From Macrostomum lignano (Eukaryota), in the NCBI GenBank assembly GCA_002269645.1, contig NIVC01002236.1, positions 1 to 64,000 on the forward strand: a stretch of DNA of 64,000 nucleotides, given 5' to 3'. Below the pieces are notes generated by a model. It ran no database searches. It was not told the origin of the DNA and saw only the letters and a list, made by a program, of their open reading frames with translations. The first letter of the stretch is position 1; each line of letters begins with the position of its first letter. Of the stretch, positions 51,405 to 64,000 are shown piece after piece. Made by a program: the position numbers and the translations under genes.

Positions 51405-52869
51405 GAGTGCCGAAATCAATACAATTCCTCAAGTGCCGAAATCAATATAATTCCTCAAGTGCCGAAATCAATATAATTCCTCAAGTGCCGAAATCAATAT
51501 AATTCCTCAAGTGCCGAAATCAATATAATTCCTCAAGTGCCGAAATCAATATAATTCCTCAAGTGCCGAAATCAATATAATTCCTCAAGTGCAGAAATCA
51601 ATACAATTCCTCAAGTGCAGAAATCAATATAATTCCTCAAGTGCAGAAATCAATATAATTCCTTAAGTTCCGAACTCAATATAATTCCTCAAGTGCCGAA
51701 ATCAATACAATTCCTCGAGTGCCGAAATCAATACAATTCCTCAAGTGCAGAAATCAATACAATTCCTCAAGTGCAGAAATCAATATAATTCCTCAAGTGC
51801 AGAAATCAATATAATTCCTCAAGTGCCGAAATCAATATAATTCCTCAAGTGCCGAAATCAATATAATTCCTCAAGTGCAGAAATCAATACAATTCCTCAA
51901 GTGCAGAAATCAATATAATTCCTCAAGTGCCGAAATCAATATAATTCCTCAAGTGCCGAAATCAATATAATTCCTCAAGTGCCGAAATCAATATAATTCC
52001 TCAAGTGCCGAAATCAATATAATTCCTCAAGTGCCGAAATCAATATAATTCCTCAAGTGCAGAAATCAATACAATTCCTCAAGTGCAGAAATCAATATAA
52101 TTCCTCAAGTGCAGAAATCAATATAATTCCTTAAGTTCCGAACTCAATATAATTCCTCAAGTGCCGAAATCAATACAATTCCTCGAGTGCCGAAATCAAT
52201 ACAATTCCTCAAGTGCAGAAATCAATACAATTCCTCAAGTGCAGAAATCAATATAATTCCTCAAGTGCAGAAATCAATATAATTCCTCAAGTGCCGAAAT
52301 CAATATAATTCCTCAAGTGCCGAAATCAATATAATTCCTCAAGTGCAGAAATCAATACAATTCCTCAAGTGCAGAAATCAATATAATTCCTCAAGTGCAG
52401 AAATCAATATAATTCCTTAAGTTCCGAACTCAATATAATTCCTCAAGTGCCGAAATCAATACAATTCCTCGAGTGCCGAAATCAATACAATTCCTCAAGT
52501 GCAGAAATCAATACAATTCCTCAAGTGCAGAAATCAATATAATTCCTCAAGTGCAGAAATCAATATAATTCCTCAAGTGCCGAAATCAATATAATTCCTC
52601 AAGTGCCGAAATCAATATAATTCCTCAAGTTCCGAAATCAATATAATTCCTCAAGTTCCGAAATCAATATAATTCCTCAAGTTCCGAAATCAATATAATT
52701 CCTCAAGTGCAGAAATCAATATAATTCCTTAAGTTCCGAAATCAATATAATTCCTCAAGTTCCGAAATCAATATAATTCCTCAAGTGCAGAAATCAATAT
52801 AATTCCTTAAGTTCCGAAATCAATATAATTCCTCAAGTGCCGAAATCAATACAATTCCTCGAGTGCAGA
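51405..52869. repeat. 26-bp satellite (AATCAATATAATTCCTCAAGTGCCGA), about 56 units, with higher-order blocks
   Basis: 26-bp period. The variant CCTTAAGTTCCGAACTC recurs at 51661, 52129 and 52415, which are 18 and 11 units apart. Confidence 0.95.
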
Positions 52870-53465
52870 ATCAGCGATGCGCCCTAATAACAAAATCAAT
52901 TATTTAACAACGAAGAGGTTCTCCAGAAACCAGAAAAGGCGTCTTCTTCTAGAACTAACGGAATCGGAGTCGGGTGCTCCTATCGGTTACTCTAGGGTAA
53001 CAAAATCAATCAATAATCCTCTAAGGGTATCGGAATCGGTCCGCAGATCCTATCCCATACCTTAGGAAAAGGGAGGCCTCAAACTCAATAGTCTCAATAA
53101 AATCGACTGAACAGTAACGGCCGGCAATAACAATCGCTCCCAATAATCAAAATAATGAAGACTTGAACAAAGCTTACCAATTGGTGTTTATCTCTTCCTC
53201 AGCGATATAGCCTCGTTTGGCTGCTCTTGTAAGGCCCAAGATCTTTGGAGGCTGCTCCAAGTCTGAGATTTCAGCTCGGATTTTGATTTGTATTTATAGG
53301 CAAGTTTTCGATATATTTAATAGTAACATGATTCATCTTTCATCATAAGTCGCAACATGATTCATATTTCATCATAATTCGTAAAATCCATCTTTTATCA
53401 TAGTTTTGCTACGCATGTTTACGTTAGTCTACTTACAGTAGCTTTTTATAGATAATGGTACTCTA

Positions 53466-53990
53466 CACAATCAACCACAATCAATCACAATCAATCACAA
53501 TCAACCACAATCAACCACAATCAACCACAATCAATCACAATCAATCACAATCAACCACAATCAACCACAATCAACCACAATCAATCACAATCAATCACAA
53601 TCAATCACAATCAATCACAATCAACCACAATCAACCACAATCAACCACAATCAATCACAATCAATCACAATCAACCACAATCAACCACTATCAATCACAA
53701 TCAACCACAATCAACCACAATCAATCACAATCAATCACAATCAACCACAATCAACCACAATCAATCACAATCAATCACAATCAACCAAAATCAAATCACA
53801 ATCAACCACAATCAATCACAATCAATCACAAATCAACCAAAATCAATCACAATCAACCACAATCAATCACAATCAACCATAATCAACCAAAATCAACCAC
53901 AATCAACCACAATCAACCAAAATCAATCACAGTCAACCACAATCAACCAAAATCAACCGCAATCAACCATAATCAATCAAAATCAATCAT
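53466..53990. repeat. 10-bp minisatellite (ACAATCAAYC), right block
   Basis: Direct inspection. Confidence 0.95.
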
Positions 53991-54399
53991 ATTCATTGAT
54001 AATCAATCATTATCAATCCATTCAATCATCACGCATCCTTGTGTTTCCAGATGGAGAGCAGGAACAGCAGTTAGCCCGACTTGCCAATCAGCTGATCGAA
54101 GAGTTAAAGTTGCAGAATGTTTTCAACGAGAGAAGCAAAAGCAAGGTTAGAATCGCTCCAGCTCTGCTTTAGGGCTTCTGCTTTCACTCCTCTGTGATCG
54201 ATTTTGTATTTCTTTAGCGTCATCTTTTGTGTCAATTTAGCATTAAAAACACGCTATTGGCTGAGAGCAGTCACGTGACTACTATTCTGTCCAATAGCGA
54301 TTTACATGTGTGTGTTGCCAATAGAAACGGCCGGGTGAATCCCAAGGTTGCGCATATATGAAATAAAAATGTTTCTGTGGCGCCAGTCGGGTGAATTTG

Positions 54400-54645
54400 A
54401 CGCCGATTCGTGTAATTTGGCGCAGATTAGAGTATAATAAGGCGCTAATTAGAGTAATTAGGCGCCGATTAGAGTAATTAGGCGCCGATTAGAGTAATTA
54501 GGCGCCTATTAGAATAATTTAGCGCCAATTAGAGTAGGTTGGCGCTGGTTAAAGTAATTTGGCGCCGATTAGAATAATTAGAGTAATTTTGCGCCAATTA
54601 GAGTAATTAAGCGCCGATTAGAATAATTCGGCGCCGGTTAGAAGA
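54400..54645. repeat. Degenerate 20-bp tandem repeat (GGCGCCGATTAGAGTAATTA)
   Basis: Direct inspection. Confidence 0.85.
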
Positions 54646-55530
54646 ATTTGAAGAATTTGAGTAATTTGGTACCAAAAACAGATTTATTTTGCAAAGTTAC
54701 TTTTTGTAAAAGAAACTATTTTTATTCAACGTGCATTTTCTAGATCGACGAAGAACTAGATGATGTAAACGGGCTTGCAAATTTGTTTTTAATAAAATTC
54801 GCGTTTCTGTGAAAATGTACAGATAACAGTTTGAATTCGTACTGTGAGCTCAACTTTAACAAAAAGTTTATTTAGGCATAATTTAAAATAAATACTCACG
54901 CAGTATGCAACTCTGAAGTGCAATGCAAATGATAAGTCTTGATGGTTTTGCAACTAATACAAACTGTTCATGCCCTAACAACAGTTATTTTTAATTGAAA
55001 TGCAGTTCCATCACGCAATGATCGAAATTAAACTTAAATTAAATTAAATTAAATTAATTTTTCAGACAAAGCCATCAATAAAACTCGAGAAGTTGATTCA
55101 AACGTGAGTGTTTTTTAATCGGAAAACTGATAATTTTCAATACTTGCTACTTACACTTGTCTATCAGTAATAAAAATGGCGCATTATATTCCACCACCTC
55201 AGAATCGTCACCCTGCTAAAAGAGAACGAAGGCAAAAGAGACGACCTAGAAAAGGAGGTTCGCTATCAGCAGTCGCTGCTCAGACAGAAAACCAGCAACT
55301 GGAAAGTGCGGAGGCTGAGAGGAGGTTTGTTTTTTATTTATTTCTCTTGCTCAAACTGTCTTGATTGGAGGCCGGGTTGCATTGCAATTACGAGCGTATT
55401 GTCAGCGCTTCAGTTTAAGGTTTGAGTTGGTCGGAAGACAATTTTTGGCAATCGATTCGTGACAGTGGGATCTCTGGAGCGATCCTGTAGTTTAAGAGAC
55501 TCCGACGGACGCTAGCGAGGACAATGTCAC

Positions 55531-56082
<552 letters not shown>

Positions 56083-57798
56083 AGGACAATGTCACTATTT
56101 GACCCGCACACCCGACTTGTGAAAAATAAGAACTTTGCTTTGTACCTACCTCCAAGATTTTGCCTACTGAAAACTACTGCATGTTCAGTAGTGTGATGCA
56201 GGACTGTATCGTTTTCTACGCTTCTACTTCAGTAGAGTATATTATCTGCTAGAATTGAATTAGATTCCACAAACTAATTTCTGCTGTTTTTTTTAGAACT
56301 GTTGAAGACCAGCTGGAAGACGCATGGAACACTGCGGTAGCCAACTGAAAAATTGATTTGCCATGCTTAGACAACTTTCAGCGAAATGCTTTAGTTCTCT
56401 TCTAACTACTCTCGAATAATTTCGCAATTTAGAATTCATATTTGTACATTTATTTTTGTTAATTTACAGTATGTTTAACTTTGTTTAAGACAGGACAGTT
56501 CGTACGGTTAGAATTCTTTTGAAGGCAAAAGTTTTTCGAAAACTTAATAAATTGTACTCGATGCACTAAAAATTCACTTCGATTTAATCCTTCATAAAGA
56601 TTTCTTAGAATCGAAGTTTCCTGTTTTCGTACTTCATAAATGCACTTTTAAAGGCTCTATGTATGTTGTTTGTCTTTACTCGAGTATTTAATAAGCATAT
56701 AATAGCTTAGCTACAAATCAACAAATGCTCCTAAAGTTAATCGTTGAAAGAAAATCTCATAACACCGTTACTGACGGTTTTTATTGTTTCTTTTGGCTAA
56801 GTACAGGTTGAACTTAAAATGTTGTCAAACTACGCGTCACTTCAACAGTCACATTTCTTTAGTTTTTATTTTTTGTTTGTCAAATATTCCTTCAAAATTT
56901 CCGCCCTCGCTATAAGTGTTTAGCTATAGTATAATTATTAAATTAGTGATTTTAATATGTGTATTAAAAATCCTAGAAATTATGTGCTTTAATTTGCAGG
57001 TCAAATTTTAAGCGTTCAAATTTGATTTGTTCTATTTAAACCGCTGGTCGTCAAAAAACGCTTTCAGTGAATTTCAACTATTGCGATATTTATAGGTATT
57101 GGTTGAGCTTTACGAGCAAATTTGGCGCCCAACGCATTCGCTTTGTAATTTCGTTTCACATGCTGCATTCGCTGTGTAACAAAAGTTGAAAATAAAACAT
57201 GTAAGCCCAAGTTTCTCTTCTGAATGAGCTGTGCAAGTACAGTTGTACCGAAGCACTTCTAATTGTTTGTTTACTCACAGAGGTCTAATAAAAAACTCGA
57301 CAAAATTTTTATTTTTGGTTTTATTTTGTTAGAATTACAACAAATATTTCTTTCGATCGAACATATTTATAACATGTATTCGCGAACAAAATGTCACGAA
57401 TTGCAGAAATTGATTTGTTTATATGAGGTCATTGTGCGGTTTCCATTTAACCAGCAGTAGACTATACTCTTGCTCCGAAAATATTTTATAAATGAAAATA
57501 CTTAGCGTGAAGTTTCTCTTGTTTATAAGCATAGCGCACGAACCAACCACTAGGCTAACAAAGGGCAGTTATGATTATGCTTCTAATATAGATGGGCAGT
57601 GGTTTAACTAAAACATCCGAGCGCATGAGGTCAACATGAATCTCTGCTAAATACAGATAATCTCTATATATTAGTATCATGCGAGTGGGTAAAAGTACAT
57701 TTTGATGCAATTCGTCAGTTTAACTGGGACAGATTTTGAATTCATCGATATGAAGTTTTAAAGAAACAGTGCTTTATCATGAGGTACTCAGCGCAGTT

Positions 57799-60523
<2,725 letters not shown>

Positions 60524-62622
60524 ACTGGATATTTCGAATGTTTTAGTTTCGAATAGCCACTGGGTCAGAATGCGGGAGATCTGCAGAGGAGCGAGTGAGG
60601 AGAGGCCGCTGACTTGACGGTTTTATCCTGCCGGCTCCGAGGAGGGGGGATGGGGAGAAAGAGGGGGGAGAGAACAGGGGACGCAAATGCCATGAATGGA
60701 ACGCGGGGAAATCTTGGTTAGAGAATAGCTGGCCGCTCAAGGAGTTCGCTAATCCTGCAGAATGAAGATTTTGGATTGCAAGACTTCCGCTAGAAACGGA
60801 AGCTCATTGACGAAATATCTGACGAAAAATAAAATGAAATTTTTATTCAGTTCTTGACAGAGTTAGCGCACGATTCGGACCTCAATGAAACAAGCTACGA
60901 GTTTGTAACATCAGTCAGCTCCATCTCCCATTCCAGATGTGGGCTTCATAGTACATGTACTCCAGGGCCAGAATCACGCAAAAGCTGCGCGCTAATCTGC
61001 ATTCCGCGAGCTCGTATCACGCCACGAGCTTCAGACGCTTCCCAAGAAAATGCCCCAGCCGAAAAGATAATGCTGAGTGAGCTGCAGTATCCAAGAACAC
61101 ACCCGGACCGCCCACGCAGAGCCATTGGGGTTCCAGGAAACCCGAAGCCCTGTCAACCGGGCCGCCTCCGGGGATCAGGAACGAGCTACGCTGGAGGGGA
61201 TCAAAGGATCAACTGACGGTCGAGTTGGGAGGAGGTTGGCACTGGTGGGTCTGCGTCTATTTTTAGCGATTCTCCATACATAAGGAGCGGCTGGTCTCCT
61301 GGAGTCTGATAAAGGAGTTTTCTGACTTTACAATACCCCAGCAAACTCAAACAACTCCTCTCCAGTATGTCTTGTATTTGCCAGGAAGTGCCGGCCCCCG
61401 GCTGCTCAAAGCATTCATGCGGGGCTGGAAACAGAGCTGGGGTGACGCTTCCGCCCAGCCGTTTTTGGTTCTCAGACTGGAGCGTCTCCTGTTCAGCCAG
61501 AGCAGGCAGGCAGTGATTGATCGTGGCCTCCAACTTCACCCAGGGCTAAAAGCAGACTGTCCGACACAAGCAGTTGACAGCGATATCTGCGGCCATTGAG
61601 TTGGCAGTCGCCATGTTTGGGGTTAAAAATAGATGCTATTTATTTTTCTCGAATTTGGTCAACTAAGCTATGAACCGTGGGTTTAAGAAACAGTTTGCTA
61701 CAAAATAATGACTGCTGAAGAGGTCATGTAAATAGATAGAGGGTTATGTAACACTGATCATGAATTGGAAATTATCTATCGAGTGTCATGCACATTGATC
61801 ATTGGGAATTATGTATCGGAGATCATGTATTGCGGATCATGTATTGAGATATTCGGGGATGTTCGGATATGATCGGGGATTGAGAATCATGTATCATATA
61901 TGATCATGTATGGTCTGCATGTATTGGAGATCATGTATTGGAAACCTTGTATCGAGTATCATGTATTATGTTTTAGGGACCATTGACCAGTTATCAGGGA
62001 TCACTATTTAAGCATATCTGGGATCGCAAGTTGTGTATTCTGCAATGTTTCCAAGAGCCAATACAAGCGAACTACGAGTAAAGCAAAACTGATTTAAAAA
62101 CAAAGTTTTTTTCTATCAGCTACTGCTGGTGACAACCGAACAGCGCTGTTCCAGTTTTGTGCAATTCCATGATCGCGTATATTCTAAATGAAATACGATT
62201 GTTATAAAAAAATAATTTCCCACTAATATTCTGAAACGTATAGCGAAATTCTTTTGTAGACCAGCTACAAATTGTGAAACCAAAAAAATTATCATCAATC
62301 GTTTGTGCCCTAATTGAAAAATAAAATATATGTCTATCTTCCTATCGTTACTAGTTTTATAGAAAAGTAATCGCAGACTTACATCGAGCGAATCCGTTGA
62401 AAACATACTACTGTTTGATACACTAAAGTCGGTAGTAAGTAAAATACAAGCATAAATATTTTTGCACAGTAAAGTAACCATGTGGACGGATTTTACAAGC
62501 AATGAAAAGCGACTAATTCAACTAAAATATAGATTAAAGGTGAGAAAGAACATTTATGAGATTGATGCGTGCTGATTAAATTCGCATTAATTGTTTGTTA
62601 ATCCCTTGGCTCGAAGTAAAAA

Positions 62623-63931
62623 TTAGTTGGCTTCGAGACGTTTGGTCAGCTCGCGAAGCTTCTCCGCCCAGTACTCGCTGTTCCGCTGCAGCTGGCCTGA
62701 TAACTGTTAAAGTCGGAAATTCGTGTGTCGGCTGCTGTTATCATGTTGCTAATAACCCTTACCCAACTAATGCACCCACCACCTGACTCCCCGTTTTCTC
62801 TGTCTAGCCTGCACCCACCACCTCACTCCCCGTTTTCTCTGTCTAGCCTGCACCCACCACCTCACTCCCCATTTTCTCTGTCTAGCCTGCACCCACCACC
62901 TCACTCCCCATTTTCTCTGTCTAGCCTGCACCCACCACCTCACTCCCCGTTTTTTCTATCTAGCCTGCACCCACCACCTCACTCCCCGTTTTCTCTATCT
63001 AGCCTGCACCCACCACCTCACTCCCCGTTTTCTCTGTCTAGCCTGCACCCACCACCTCACTCCCCGTTTTCTCTATCTAGCCTGCATCCACCACCTCACT
63101 CCCTGTTTTCTCTGTCTAGCCTGCACCCAACACCTCACTCCCCGTTTTCTCTGTCTAGCCTGCACCCACCACCTCACTCCCCGTTTTCTCTATCTAGCCT
63201 GCACCCACCCCTCACTCCCCGTTCTCTGTCTAGCCTGCAACCAGCACCTCACTGCCCGTCCTCTCTATCTACCTATAACATGAAGTTCAACTCACCTCGT
63301 CGCACTTGCTTATCCAGTAGGCTTTGTCCAGTTTTTCCGGGTCAGTAACGCCAGCCTCGCGCATGGCCGTTTCTACAGTTTGCTTCACCTGCGGGGCGTG
63401 AAGCATTATATAGTCTAACGGCTGTTACAAAGATTAATTTCTCAAGTTCCACTTATAGTAAGTAGTTTTAGACGAAGTGTGTCAGACGAATTTACACCGA
63501 AAATTTTAGTTTTACGTTTGTCTGAAGTGAGTATTATCTAGAACTATGTGATGCTCAGATGGCAACTCTACAACTCTAGTGCTTGATGAATAACGAAGTT
63601 CGTATCTTGCTTTGCTTGTTTATTTGGCTTTAGGACTACATTAGTGATAGCGGGGCTTGTAACAAGATTATGGAGATAGGACACTTATATATTAGGGAGG
63701 GATGAGGGAGGCGGCATTTGGGCGCAACGGCCATAAAATATTGCACGAGCGTATGTCAAACTAAAAGGCACGCAAGAATGGTACCGCAAGTCTGTACGAT
63801 TGTTAAGATTTTGCATTATTATCTTTAGTTATATTTTCTAAAAGCTAAAATTATAATATTAAATTATGCATGCTTTAAAGCCCACGATGTACTTTTTCCA
63901 CATCGGCATTAGCCAGTCCGAGTTCAGAGGC
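62623..63931 (-). CDS. 3' exons of an unidentified gene continuing beyond the window: 63931-63893 (tentative), 63388-63296, 62703-62623
   Basis: Phase-0 GT-AG junctions give ASELGLANADVEK-VKQTVETAMREAGVTDPEKLDKAYWISKCDE-LSGQLQRNSEYWAEKLRELTKRLEAN*, a helical or coiled-coil-like sequence. Confidence 0.55.
62772..63250. repeat. 39-bp minisatellite (CCTGCACCCACCACCTCACTCCCCGTTTTCTCTGTCTAG), about 12 units, intronic
   Basis: Direct inspection. Confidence 0.95.
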
Positions 63932-64000
63932 CTGTGAAGTTGTACCAACAAAAGTCAGTTATTGTCATGCTCAATGTAAAATTATATAAAAACTGAGTCA

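Noticed and set aside
51405-52869. CRISPR-like array
   Set aside because: The 26-bp units are head-to-tail with no unique spacers, there are no cas genes, and the context is eukaryotic.
53455-54150. 231-aa INHNQ-repeat protein
   Set aside because: It is a translation of the 10-bp minisatellite; only the final part overlaps a plausible exon, in another frame.
60854-61620. Several overlapping ORFs and a Kozak-like CAAACATGGCG on the minus strand
   Set aside because: The ATG frame stops after 22 codons, no consistent exon chain was found, and no motif was recognised.
62725-63348. 207-aa His/Pro-rich extensin-like ORF
   Set aside because: It is a 39-bp minisatellite lying inside an intron of a minus-strand gene.

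Overview
Eukaryotic, intron-containing genomic DNA. It is probably from a free-living flatworm such as Macrostomum; this is inferred from GC-rich exons, short introns and dense TATC/TGTC microsatellites, not established. Genes reconstructed by hand from splice sites: a 3-exon QRFP-receptor-like peptide GPCR (708-2880, -); a tiny 3-exon secreted prepro-peptide gene (6698-7137, +) and a damaged paralogue (9844-10462, +), both missed by the ORF track; an orphan two-TM protein (15618-16967, +); TACO1 (17910-20096, +), which lacks an in-frame ATG; three 4-exon melatonin-receptor-like GPCR paralogues (two intact, one frameshifted); a frameshifted TAK1/TKL-like kinase with coiled-coil exons (49214-56340, +); GCH1 with a long N-terminal extension (57799-60523, -); and the 3' exons of an unidentified gene (-) running off the right edge. 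Mobile DNA: an R1/LOA-like LINE with a nested RTE-like insertion, a full-length decayed Tc1 (DD34E), a MULE-type MITE with a 9-bp TSD, a Penelope GIY-YIG remnant, two tRNA-SINE families and many micro/minisatellites. The most interesting observation is the peptide gene pair. Both follow a signal / acidic propiece / basic cleavage site / cationic C[RK]Wx[YF]xRKx7C layout with matching intron phases. They have AP-1 motifs upstream and a minisatellite carrying 10 AP-1 sites between them. This is a candidate undescribed single-disulfide beta-hairpin host-defence peptide family.
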